Positions 11,124-20,925 of a DNA stretch of 64,000 nucleotides are shown here, in pieces (the first letter of the stretch is position 1; each line of letters starts with the position of its first letter). This stretch comes from an uncultured Pseudomonadota bacterium (GTDB lineage Bacteria > CALINM01), in assembly GCA_964540515.1 (NCBI GenBank), contig CAZIMS010000003.1, forward strand, positions 10,010-74,009. The letters are read 5' to 3'. The notes under the pieces were generated by a model, which was given only the letters and a program-made list of their open reading frames with translations, ran no database searches and was not told the DNA's origin. Position numbers and translations under genes: made by a program.

Positions 11124-14100
11124 ATGAAGCACCTAAGGTTAGCAATTTTATTAATAACAATTATAATGGGTGTAATGGCTAATCAAGTCTATGCTGTTGA
11201 TCCACCACATAACACTATTGATTGTTCAACTTGTCATGGTGCAGGTAGAGTTAGCTATGGTAGGCAAGGTCTTGACCTATCAACAGTGTGTTTAGACTGT
11301 CATAGACCAGGTGGGTTAGGCAAACCTGTAGGTACAAAGCCAGCTAATCTTTATGGTGCTTTAAACTCGATTACACCATTTGGTGAAGGTACTGAACATA
11401 GCTTCTCCGGTTATGACATCAATCCATTAGCTAAAGCAACAACAAGACCTAGGGATAATGAATTTGTAGGCGCCTATGGCACAAAGTTGGCAGGAATGCT
11501 TTCTTGTAACTCCTGTCACAATCCCCACAAGCAACCAAATAATGCAGTCGGCGGCAAGTTCTTGAGGGCAAAAGGCGATAAAAGTAACGTCTGTATTAAA
11601 TGCCATAGCCCTATGAATGTTACTGTAAAAGGTGGTTTTTCTCATCCTGTTAACAGTATGGTAGGGTTAAATGAAAGCGAATATTTCACACAACCGCAAT
11701 ATACAACACTTAAATCTGTATATAAAGCAAGCAATAACAACGTGACATGTCTTGTTTGTCATAAGGTTCATTATGGGTTTTCCAATCCAACAGCAACAAG
11801 TGGCAAAGGCAATGCTAAGTTAGGGCGTGTATATACCGATGACTGGCTTTGTGCACAATGTCATAAAATGTCAGTTCATGGTAATACTAAAGGATCACCG
11901 ACAGCAACATGTATAAGCTGTCATAGTACTCATAACCCCGGTAATAATATAAAACTTGTTAGAACTCAAGTTGTTGATTCAAGAGGGAAAACAAAAGCTC
12001 TTGTTTATACAGCCAACTCATTACCAACGGATTTTTATAATAACCAGGGTACAGGACTATGTCAGGCATGTCATACTAAGACCAAATACTTTAGAAACTA
12101 TTCAGTAACTAACTATATAATTACTGGTAACTCAACTCATAATCCAGATAATAGTAAGTGTATAATCTGTCATAGCCATGAGCCCGATGAAAATTTTGTT
12201 GCACCTTTAGTAGATGAAGTGCCTAATTTTCCACGAAGGGCCTTCGGTACTTCTTCCTGTAGCGGTTGTCATGCTTTTCCACCGAATAATGGTGCACACC
12301 TAAAGCATGCAAATAGTAATACTGATTTGACTGACTGTGCAGTATGCCATATAGGAGCAACAAACTTTACAACCCAAGGCGGCCATGCAAACCACGAGAT
12401 AGGCAACCTGCTTAATCTAAACGACAGGAATAAAAGAAACTTGGCTACTTTTATTACTAAAAACTCTACAAATAAATTATTAAATACTTGTGGAGGTGGA
12501 AGCCAGCCCTGCCATAGTCAGACAGGTACAGTTCCTACATGGGGTAGTACTTCGCTTTCTTGCGACGCCTGTCATGGTAATCCGCCATCAACAGGCAATC
12601 ATGTAGTGCATTCAGTGACTAATTCAATGCTCTGTACAGATTGTCACTACAACGTGACTAACAACACTGCTACCTTTAGACCCCATGCCTCAGCCTTAAG
12701 TACAGCAGGCCTTACTGATGAACAGGCATACAAAAAGAAGGCATGGGATATAACTTACACTTATGATATAAAGGTAGATGACAGAAATAGAAATAATGGG
12801 TTTAGTACCTATAGCTCTTATAACAAATCTTGTTCAAATATAGTATGTCATGACCCAAGTAATATAAACAAGAGAGCAAGATGGAATATTGATTCACCAA
12901 CATGTAATTTGTGCCATGGTAGCAATGCAACTAATATGACTACGGGCTCACATAGCCAACATTTAAATGCATCTGCTACTTTTGGTATTGCTATAACATG
13001 TAGTAGCTGTCATACAAATGTTGGACCTACTGCATATAACCATTTTATGTCAACACTTAATGCAATAGAGTTAGTAGGTCTTAATTATACAGGAGGTTTA
13101 GTCCCTGGCGATAACAGCTTTGGTTCCTGTGGTACAAACGCATGTCATAATAATGGTAGAGGTGGTGCTCCTATAAATAATACATACACTTGGGGTGTTA
13201 CACCTCCAGGTGACCAATGTGCAATCTGTCACGCAATGCCACCAGACACACCATATGTCGATGCCACATACTCTAAACACAAAGTGCATTGGATTAGCTA
13301 TATTCCAAACATTAGTCCTAAACTAACCCCTCAATGTACAATGTGTCATACTGCAGGTAATGCCTCTACACACATTAACAGCGCAGTAAACATGTTATAT
13401 GGTGGTAGTAATTACATTACAACATTTAGCTTTGGTGCCAACGTTAATGACCCAACTGATGATACCTGTCAGGCAACCTGTCATTCAAGCCCAACCTCAA
13501 ATCTTGTCTGGTCCGCAAGCAAACCAACAAGCTGTGATGCCTGCCATGGTTTCCCTGGATCTGCGACAAACCCACTAAATACAGGTAAACATCATAAACA
13601 CCATGTAGATAGTGATACTGACTATACAGAATGCGGTCAGTGCCATCCAAATGTAGAAGGTTATACAACAGCATTATCGGGCAAGCATGGTGATGGTACA
13701 AAAGATACTGGCCCTGGTGGTAACTCAAAAGTATCAAGCTGGATTAAAGCCACAGAATCTTGTACAAACAATTGTCATACAGTTGCAAATAACCTTTGGA
13801 AGGCAACCCAAAAAAATACAGCAGATCCTCTACAGTGTTACAACTGTCACGGCAACCCCCCAACTACAGGCAAACATACAGCCCATGTAACAAATAGCTC
13901 AATTGCCTGTGTAGCCTGTCATTTTGGTGCTAACACAACACCACATACCCCTCTTACACACAACGATGTTACTGGCACTGCTTCTAACGATGGCGATTTT
14001 CTATACAAGAAAGCTGTTGGTTGGAACTCGGCAGTTTATACAAGAACTATAGAAGTCGACGACAGATTATACAATAACGGCACTACCCCAACATGGGCAT

Positions 14101-15911
14101 CAGGTAGCTGTTCTACTAAGAAATGTCACAATCCTTCACCATCTGCAACTTATAGTGCAAACTGGACAAGTGGCGCTAATTCATGTACTCTATGTCATGG
14201 ATATATTGGAGCAACAACAGGTTTATCAACTGGTCACAATGCCCATGTGACAGCAAACACCAACTTTGGAATAAATATTACATGTACTAACTGCCATAGC
14301 AATAATGCTGGTAATTACAGGCACTTTATGGTTGGTGGTGTACCACGTGGGTATGTAGACTTTTCTGGAGCTGTTTTCTTTAGATATACAACAGCTGATA
14401 GAACTATACCAGGTACAAGAAACACTGGTTATTGTACAACTAATGTATGTCACAATGATGGACGAGGTGTAAGCTATCCAGCAGTGTCATCAAAAATACA
14501 TTGGGGAACTACACTTCCTAATAATGATCCTAACGTAGCGTGTAACATTTGTCATAAGTTTCAGATAAATACGAGAAGACATTTTGACCACTTCTCAACG
14601 GTAAGTACTGCTAAATATGGTCCAAGGTTACAGTTTACAACAGCTAACTGTAATCAGTGCCATAGCTTACAAACAAACTCAACACATATTAATACAGTTG
14701 TTAACTTTAGAGATGGTGGCGCTAACTTATCAACTACAAAATCTTGTAACAACTGTCATACCTCTGTGAATGCTCAGAGAGCAAAAGGTTACTGGTTATA
14801 CAGCTCAACGACGAGCTTTTTAAGATGTCAGACTTGTCATTTAACAACAGCTGGAACACCTGCATATAGCAAATACACAAGCTCAATTGCCGGAGGTGTG
14901 TACGCACCAGCATTTCCAGCCTATGCAACGCTAGGTCACGGAAGACCAACTGCATCTGGTAATTATGCTTCAGGTAATCCTCCTGCAAATCAGACATTAT
15001 GTACGAATTGTCATGGTATTACATCTTGGGGAAGTGGTGGAAGACATATAACCAATACAGCTAATGATTTCAAAAGATTGATACTATCTACTACAAATGC
15101 ACAATGTAATTACTGTCATGGAGCAAATCAGCCTGGCTTTGCAACTAAGAGCGGTATAGTATCTCATAAAGGTACAGTAAGATTTTCTTTCCCAGAACTT
15201 TCATGTGGTGAATGTCATGAGTTACACGGTGGTAGCACTAATAAACCTGTAAACAGTAACATAATGATGATCAGAGCCACAAATGCAACATACTATGCTC
15301 CATCCGCTACTGTAGTATTTACATCGCGGACCTTTGGCACTGATTCTTTTGACGAGGCTGAAAGTCCCTTTACTTCGGGATCTTCTAATAATGATGATAT
15401 CTGTGCGACTTGCCATGTAAATACTTACCACAATAGCAGGACCAAAGATGGTAAACATGGATCAGGAAACAATGGCACAGACTATGGCAACAGTCAGAGC
15501 TGTATAAACTGCCATAGCCATAAAAACTTCTTTACACCAGCTGGTTGCAATGGCTGTCACGGTACAGATGGGCCTGATGGTGCACCAAGAACATCTGGAG
15601 GCTCAAAATACTCAGGCAGCTATGGTGCCCATGCTATACATCTGGATCTTATATTCCCAAGAGTTGGAGTAACAACTAATAAATGTGATAAATGTCACGG
15701 GGCTGGTGCTACAGCAGGCACACACACTGGACATAATCAGGGTAATGGTAATGTTTTAAGATCTAACGTAACATTAAATGTAAGCACTGAATACGCCTTC
15801 AAGGGTACAAACCCAAGTTACGTTATGAGCACTGAGCCACAGTATGCCTATTGTGCAAGCACTAACTGTCATTTTGGACCATCTCCAAAATGGAAGTGCT
15901 TACCATACTAA
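11124..15911 (+). CDS. Giant secreted multiheme c-type cytochrome, 1595 aa, about 34 canonical plus about 8 variant heme sites
   Basis: Signal peptide MKHLRLAILLITIIMGVMANQVYA. I counted 34 CxxCH motifs and further Cx3CH, Cx4CH and Cx6CH sites (CSNIVCH, CGTNACH, CQATCH, CTNNCH, CSTKKCH, CTTNVCH, CASTNCH, CGGGSQPCH), often paired with a following CxxCHG-PP-xG-H module. The protein is extremely rich in Asn, Thr, Ser and Gly. Confidence 0.93.
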   Translation: MKHLRLAILLITIIMGVMANQVYAVDPPHNTIDCSTCHGAGRVSYGRQGLDLSTVCLDCHRPGGLGKPVGTKPANLYGALNSITPFGEGTEHSFSGYDINPLAKATTRPRDNEFVGAYGTKLAGMLSCNSCHNPHKQPNNAVGGKFLRAKGDKSNVCIKCHSPMNVTVKGGFSHPVNSMVGLNESEYFTQPQYTTLKSVYKASNNNVTCLVCHKVHYGFSNPTATSGKGNAKLGRVYTDDWLCAQCHKMSVHGNTKGSPTATCISCHSTHNPGNNIKLVRTQVVDSRGKTKALVYTANSLPTDFYNNQGTGLCQACHTKTKYFRNYSVTNYIITGNSTHNPDNSKCIICHSHEPDENFVAPLVDEVPNFPRRAFGTSSCSGCHAFPPNNGAHLKHANSNTDLTDCAVCHIGATNFTTQGGHANHEIGNLLNLNDRNKRNLATFITKNSTNKLLNTCGGGSQPCHSQTGTVPTWGSTSLSCDACHGNPPSTGNHVVHSVTNSMLCTDCHYNVTNNTATFRPHASALSTAGLTDEQAYKKKAWDITYTYDIKVDDRNRNNGFSTYSSYNKSCSNIVCHDPSNINKRARWNIDSPTCNLCHGSNATNMTTGSHSQHLNASATFGIAITCSSCHTNVGPTAYNHFMSTLNAIELVGLNYTGGLVPGDNSFGSCGTNACHNNGRGGAPINNTYTWGVTPPGDQCAICHAMPPDTPYVDATYSKHKVHWISYIPNISPKLTPQCTMCHTAGNASTHINSAVNMLYGGSNYITTFSFGANVNDPTDDTCQATCHSSPTSNLVWSASKPTSCDACHGFPGSATNPLNTGKHHKHHVDSDTDYTECGQCHPNVEGYTTALSGKHGDGTKDTGPGGNSKVSSWIKATESCTNNCHTVANNLWKATQKNTADPLQCYNCHGNPPTTGKHTAHVTNSSIACVACHFGANTTPHTPLTHNDVTGTASNDGDFLYKKAVGWNSAVYTRTIEVDDRLYNNGTTPTWASGSCSTKKCHNPSPSATYSANWTSGANSCTLCHGYIGATTGLSTGHNAHVTANTNFGINITCTNCHSNNAGNYRHFMVGGVPRGYVDFSGAVFFRYTTADRTIPGTRNTGYCTTNVCHNDGRGVSYPAVSSKIHWGTTLPNNDPNVACNICHKFQINTRRHFDHFSTVSTAKYGPRLQFTTANCNQCHSLQTNSTHINTVVNFRDGGANLSTTKSCNNCHTSVNAQRAKGYWLYSSTTSFLRCQTCHLTTAGTPAYSKYTSSIAGGVYAPAFPAYATLGHGRPTASGNYASGNPPANQTLCTNCHGITSWGSGGRHITNTANDFKRLILSTTNAQCNYCHGANQPGFATKSGIVSHKGTVRFSFPELSCGECHELHGGSTNKPVNSNIMMIRATNATYYAPSATVVFTSRTFGTDSFDEAESPFTSGSSNNDDICATCHVNTYHNSRTKDGKHGSGNNGTDYGNSQSCINCHSHKNFFTPAGCNGCHGTDGPDGAPRTSGGSKYSGSYGAHAIHLDLIFPRVGVTTNKCDKCHGAGATAGTHTGHNQGNGNVLRSNVTLNVSTEYAFKGTNPSYVMSTEPQYAYCASTNCHFGPSPKWKCLPY

Positions 15912-15968
15912 GCTGTAAAAGGGGTGATAAATATGAAGATATATAGCTTAATAAAAAGGAAGGTAAAT

Positions 15969-18900
15969 ATGAAAAAGATAGCATTAACATTCATATTGAT
16001 GCTACTTGTACCTGTAATTGCACAAGCTGCTGTTACAGTAGCAGACGTTGTTAAACATATTCCCACAGATGTGTCAGTGCAAGCAGGTGCATCAACTACA
16101 GACCTCAACAGAAATGTTATCACCCTTTCATATAGCTTAAGGTCAGATCAAACTAATGATGTGTTAACTAGTATTACAATTGATGATACTGGAACCCTTG
16201 CTGCAGGTGAGGCAGATCTTAAGGTTTATGTTAACCCTATGGGTAGAAATAGTACAAGGGGCGCCTTTCTTGTGGTAAACCAGCCATCTTGGAGTGCTGC
16301 GAGTGGGACTATAAACTTTTCGAGGAACATTGCACTTACACAAAATGTTAAAGCTTTTGTATTTATTGTATATGATTTAAGAAGCACCGCTGCAGGTAGA
16401 ACAATTCAGACATCAGTATCGTCCATGGGGCTTGCTGCTGGTAGTGGTAGTGGTACAAGCGTTCCTATAAACCAAACTTCAAATTTAAATAATGTAGTTG
16501 CAAAGACCGCATGTTATGATGATGTAAAGCTTAATCAATGTGGTATGTGTCACAACTATCAGGGCTATTACCAGATGTTTTATCCCCATTCATCAGCTAC
16601 ATCAAGAAAGGGGCATGAAAAACATGTTGGCCTTAATAGATTTGAATGCTTTATCTGCCATAACAATGCAAATAGATATCATACAAGGTATACCAGTGTA
16701 GCGCCACAACACATGAATAATGCTATTAACGTAGGCCCTAAGATTTGGGACAATGTATCTTCTGCCGGTGGATTAGGTGTTGGACATGGCAGTTACAATA
16801 GTTCAACAAGAGTATGTTCAAACGTATATTGTCATTCTAATGGTGCTGGCACGAGGGTTAACTCTCCTGCTTGGGGAACAAAGGCATCAGGCTGTACAGT
16901 ATGCCATGGGACACCACCAAACACAGGAGCACATAATGCCCACTGGACAAGGATAACAGGCCTTACTTCTCCAGGAGATTGTGGTATATGTCATAGGGAT
17001 GGTGGAACAGGCACCTTTCATCATGCCGATGGTCATGTAGATGTGTTATTCGATCCCGCCTATAACGACAGAAACTTAACAGCCACTTACAATACTGGTG
17101 CAAAGACATGCTCTAATGTAAGTTGTCATGGTGGTGTAACAACCCCAGCCTGGAATTCTGCTACAGGTGCATATAGACAGACAGTTACAGGTGCTGCTTT
17201 CACTTCAGAAAACAATACATGGTTAAGATGTGAGATGTGTCATGTAGTTGATAACATAACATCAGGACAAGAAACCAATGTTTCCAGATGGAATAGTGCA
17301 AGGTCTGGTAAACACAACGCCCATGCTGTGACAGGCCTTGCAAGTATGAGGGCATACACAGGTATAGTTAATGGTGTTAACTTTGGAAGAAAAAGAATGA
17401 GGGTATCAGTATGTTATGTCTGCCACAACAATGCACATTTTGATGGCACAGCAAATGATTATCGCTGGACAAAGGCCAGTATTTCCGATTACCATTTTTC
17501 CATTAACCCAGGTGGCACTAACAATACAATAGGTGGTAGCGCACAAAGAGGTGGTGGAACTGTAGGAGCAAATATATTTGATACTTATGTTGATAACTCA
17601 ACAACTGCTATAGCACTAAATACTTCACCGACTCAAAATGTCTTTTATATGAGGTCAACAGCTGATATATATCAATCTGGTACCTGTAACAACACAGACT
17701 GCCATGGTGGTGGTACATGGAGTTATGTGGCTACATTAGACTGTACTACATGTCATAGTAAGGTGATAAGGGGTAGAACAGCAAATGTAATTGCTGAGTT
17801 TAGTATGCCATCTCGCCATGTTCAGGGTGTAGCGGTTAACTCTCATCATTGTTACAGATGCCATTGGGAGGCTGACAATAATGCTGGAACAATAGTTAAA
17901 AACGCTTTATACCATGGTGATAATAAAGCACAGTTAGTTATCTATGATTCAACTAACAATGCGAGACCAACAACAGCAAATAGCGCAACCTTAACTGTCT
18001 TTAACAGAGCTACATCTGCAACTAGTTTGCGGGTTAATGCCCACTGTTTAGGCTGCCATAATGAAGGTGGAAAGGGAAAAGCAATCTTTCCAGGTGATAC
18101 AAGAACAACAAACCAGTATGCTTGGGATGGAAGCTCAATACAGGCGAGATATATGGCATATAGACGTTACTCGTCACATGTGTATAACGCAGTAACCTAC
18201 AACGTAGTTCCAAATAAAATTAAAACTTCTAGCTCACACTACTATATGAACCAGCATCAAAGAGGTGTTGCTGTTGGTGCAGCATGGTCAGATGACCAGA
18301 GCACGATTTTAGCAGCAGGCACCTTTGATGCCCAGGGAAGGCAGGGTTCTGTTGGTTGTTTAGACTGTCATAACTCACACGGCTCTAACATACCTTTTGG
18401 TACCTTTGGCTATACATCTTACAGCTCCTTTACTGGTAAACACAGGGGTGGTATATTAAAACAGACATGGGCAAATACTCATGGCTATGGTGATAATTAT
18501 ACACCGACTGAAAGAAATCTTAACGTTACTGGTGGTTTATGGGCAATATGGAGCGCCCAAGCAGCACTATGCTTTGACTGTCATTTAGGTCCTGATAAGG
18601 CCATTACAGCATATTTGGGATCAACCTATTCAAGCTGGTCTTCAGTAACTACTTTGCCACCAGATAGTAGGGGAGTAAGAAGAAACTACATTAGCTATGG
18701 TAGAAACGCTGGTAATATCATTGCAGGTTACTATGATCCTATAAATTATGAAGCTGCAATAACTAACAGAGCATCGATACACGGTAGAGGTAGATGGTAT
18801 ATAGATTTAAACACCGCAAATACTACCTATGGTAATAATGGCTATAGTTATGTACAAAATCAGAGAAACAATAGTGCAGCCTTCTGGTTTGGTGAGTTTA

Positions 18901-20264
18901 GTTATAAAAGAGGTACTATAATTGGTACCCATTTTAAAAAATACGATGGTGCCTACGTACAAGGTTATACTCCAAGAGACTGGAAAAATAGTGCTAATTC
19001 TGGTAATACTAGATCAGATCTAAGGGGTATGTGCACGCCATGTCATGATCCTCATGGAGTTAATGCCCTAAATGGAAGTCCCTACTTGGCAAATATAAGG
19101 TATTACTCTCCACAGCTTAAAGGTATGTGGCTAACAGGTTTATATTATGAAGACAGACCTGGAAATAGAGATACTTCTGCTAATTCCGAGGGCACTTACG
19201 CAGTTGTTAATACTTTTAGTACCAATACTCTTACTAATACGAGAGTAGCTCCAAGAATGGTTCCTACAAAAAGACTAAGCAGACCTAAACAAACAGGTAA
19301 TGGATATGGTTTTGGTTTGAATGACGGATTAGGTCAAGATGGTTTCTTTATTGATGATAATACCTTCGGCGTAACAATAAATAATGGTACTACTGCTGTT
19401 GAGTTGTTTAGTAATAATAATTATAATCTTGTGCATCAAAACTACTGGTTTGATAACTGGACTAATGGTCAAGTACATCCATTTCGTACAGGAGGGTCAG
19501 TTACTGTGAATATGATTTCGGAGAGTGAAAGTCAGTTTGCAGGTTTGTGCCTTGGTTGTCATCCAAAAAGCGTTTTAGTAAATACGCTATCATCTCATAA
19601 CAATAGAAGAGCGTCATTTCAAACGCATGCCCATAAAACAGTAAAAGGCTGGGCTGCAACGGCAAATTCGCCTGCAAATGCTGATATAGTACCAAACTAT
19701 TATATCAACAGAGCTTCTAACGCCGCAGGCTTAACGAACGCTTATACAACGACTAATAATTTTGGAAATATTTCAATGTCACCACTTCTATTGTATGCTA
19801 ATGGTGGTACTGCTGGAATAAGAGGATTAGATGCTCCTAATGTGCAGGTAGGTATTCACTTTTACTGGGGCTTACATTTACCAAAGCAGGCTGATACAAA
19901 CGCAAGCAACAATATACAGGTACAATATCATAACTTCCCATGCTCAAAGTGCCACACAGTTCACACCTCAAGGCTACCAAGACTTATGAAAACTAACTGT
20001 TTAGATGTAAGGCAGTCAAAAGATGTTGCAAATAACTGGGCATCAGGTAGTAATTTATTTAGACAGAAATTTGCAGAAGGTAATAATAACTGGTACATTA
20101 GAATGATTTATACAGGCACAAACAATAGTCCAGGAACATCAGGGACTACAGCAAATCTTCTCATCTGGAATCCAGCCAGAGCCGTTAGATGCCATAATAG
20201 TCCACTTGTTATGGATAACGTTAATCAAACCAGATGGAATGATGTAACTCCATGGGGTAATTAA
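15969..20264 (+). CDS. Giant secreted multiheme c-type cytochrome, about 1430 aa, about 17 heme sites
   Basis: Preferred start is MKKIALTFILMLLVPVIAQA (signal peptide, AAGGAAGG ribosome-binding site); the ORF track begins at a GTG at 15924. It has 14 CxxCH and 3 Cx4CH (CSNVYCH, CSNVSCH, CNNTDCH) motifs and an approximately 190-aa heme-free N-terminal domain. Confidence 0.9.
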   Translation: MKKIALTFILMLLVPVIAQAAVTVADVVKHIPTDVSVQAGASTTDLNRNVITLSYSLRSDQTNDVLTSITIDDTGTLAAGEADLKVYVNPMGRNSTRGAFLVVNQPSWSAASGTINFSRNIALTQNVKAFVFIVYDLRSTAAGRTIQTSVSSMGLAAGSGSGTSVPINQTSNLNNVVAKTACYDDVKLNQCGMCHNYQGYYQMFYPHSSATSRKGHEKHVGLNRFECFICHNNANRYHTRYTSVAPQHMNNAINVGPKIWDNVSSAGGLGVGHGSYNSSTRVCSNVYCHSNGAGTRVNSPAWGTKASGCTVCHGTPPNTGAHNAHWTRITGLTSPGDCGICHRDGGTGTFHHADGHVDVLFDPAYNDRNLTATYNTGAKTCSNVSCHGGVTTPAWNSATGAYRQTVTGAAFTSENNTWLRCEMCHVVDNITSGQETNVSRWNSARSGKHNAHAVTGLASMRAYTGIVNGVNFGRKRMRVSVCYVCHNNAHFDGTANDYRWTKASISDYHFSINPGGTNNTIGGSAQRGGGTVGANIFDTYVDNSTTAIALNTSPTQNVFYMRSTADIYQSGTCNNTDCHGGGTWSYVATLDCTTCHSKVIRGRTANVIAEFSMPSRHVQGVAVNSHHCYRCHWEADNNAGTIVKNALYHGDNKAQLVIYDSTNNARPTTANSATLTVFNRATSATSLRVNAHCLGCHNEGGKGKAIFPGDTRTTNQYAWDGSSIQARYMAYRRYSSHVYNAVTYNVVPNKIKTSSSHYYMNQHQRGVAVGAAWSDDQSTILAAGTFDAQGRQGSVGCLDCHNSHGSNIPFGTFGYTSYSSFTGKHRGGILKQTWANTHGYGDNYTPTERNLNVTGGLWAIWSAQAALCFDCHLGPDKAITAYLGSTYSSWSSVTTLPPDSRGVRRNYISYGRNAGNIIAGYYDPINYEAAITNRASIHGRGRWYIDLNTANTTYGNNGYSYVQNQRNNSAAFWFGEFSYKRGTIIGTHFKKYDGAYVQGYTPRDWKNSANSGNTRSDLRGMCTPCHDPHGVNALNGSPYLANIRYYSPQLKGMWLTGLYYEDRPGNRDTSANSEGTYAVVNTFSTNTLTNTRVAPRMVPTKRLSRPKQTGNGYGFGLNDGLGQDGFFIDDNTFGVTINNGTTAVELFSNNNYNLVHQNYWFDNWTNGQVHPFRTGGSVTVNMISESESQFAGLCLGCHPKSVLVNTLSSHNNRRASFQTHAHKTVKGWAATANSPANADIVPNYYINRASNAAGLTNAYTTTNNFGNISMSPLLLYANGGTAGIRGLDAPNVQVGIHFYWGLHLPKQADTNASNNIQVQYHNFPCSKCHTVHTSRLPRLMKTNCLDVRQSKDVANNWASGSNLFRQKFAEGNNNWYIRMIYTGTNNSPGTSGTTANLLIWNPARAVRCHNSPLVMDNVNQTRWNDVTPWGN

Positions 20265-20288
20265 AAAAAAAATAAAAGGAGGTTTGTG

Positions 20289-20345
20289 ATGAAAAAGTAT
20301 ATTAAACCCAAAAAAGTAGGTGCGAGTTCCGTTCATCCCTGCTAA
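20289..20345 (+). CDS. Candidate 18-aa small ORF (MKKYIKPKKVGASSVHPC) with a near-perfect Shine-Dalgarno sequence
   Basis: AAAGGAGG lies 6-7 nt upstream of the ATG. The ORF sits between the giant cytochrome stop and a rho-independent terminator. Confidence 0.25.
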   Translation: MKKYIKPKKVGASSVHPC

Positions 20346-20373
20346 TGAGAAGTTGCAAGTCAGTGTTATTGGT

Positions 20374-20404
20374 AAAAGGGCGTAAATTATACGCCCTTTT
20401 TTTA
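20374..20404 (+). terminator. Rho-independent terminator ending the cytochrome operon
   Basis: Stem GGGCGTA / TACGCCC with loop AATTA, followed by T8. Confidence 0.75.
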
Positions 20405-20564
20405 TTGATTTCAAAAGTCTTTTTATATTCTACTATAAAACTATGCAAAAGGGCTTTGATGAAGCAAAATTGGAAGCAATAAGACAGTTTCTTCTTACTC
20501 AAGAAAAAAAATATAAGGCAAATAAAGAAGAAGAGCAAAAAAAATCATCGAAACTCTAAAATCG

Positions 20565-20882
20565 TTGGAACCAATCTGGAAGAGATTTAAAATAGAAAAG
20601 GTGTATCTATACGGAAGTTTTGCTGATATGACCTTTTCGGCTCATTCAGACATTGATATTGCCGTATATCCCGATGTTGATTATAAGGTGTTTTCAAAGC
20701 TTTTTCATTATGTGAACAGACCTTTTAGACGGACGGTGGACCTGCGTTTATTGAGTGAGCTGCCCTTTCGTCAAAATGTGGAAAAAGAAGGAATTTTGAT
20801 TTATGAAAGAAAGGCTCGTCATATTAAAAAGTGTGATTGCTGTAGATCAAAAAAAACTGGACAAGCTTTTTACAAAAATTGA
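20565..20882 (+). CDS. Nucleotidyltransferase (MNT, HI0073-like) antitoxin-type protein; the N-terminus may be disrupted by a frameshift
   Basis: The GSFADMTFSAHSDIDIAV motif is the minimal nucleotidyltransferase G-S-x(9-13)-DxD signature. The ORF begins at a TTG, and upstream ORF 20443-20559 in another frame joins it across an A8 tract. Confidence 0.6.
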   Translation: MEPIWKRFKIEKVYLYGSFADMTFSAHSDIDIAVYPDVDYKVFSKLFHYVNRPFRRTVDLRLLSELPFRQNVEKEGILIYERKARHIKKCDCCRSKKTGQAFYKN

Positions 20883-20925
20883 AAGAGCTTATTTATCCTT
20901 TTTACAGTCAGGGTAATATGCTAAA

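Noticed and set aside
13098-15458. Several short ORFs on both strands inside the giant cytochrome gene
   Set aside because: They are embedded in a continuous 1595-aa heme-motif ORF and their translations are compositionally odd (His/Cys/Tyr-rich mirror of the sense strand). They are artefacts.
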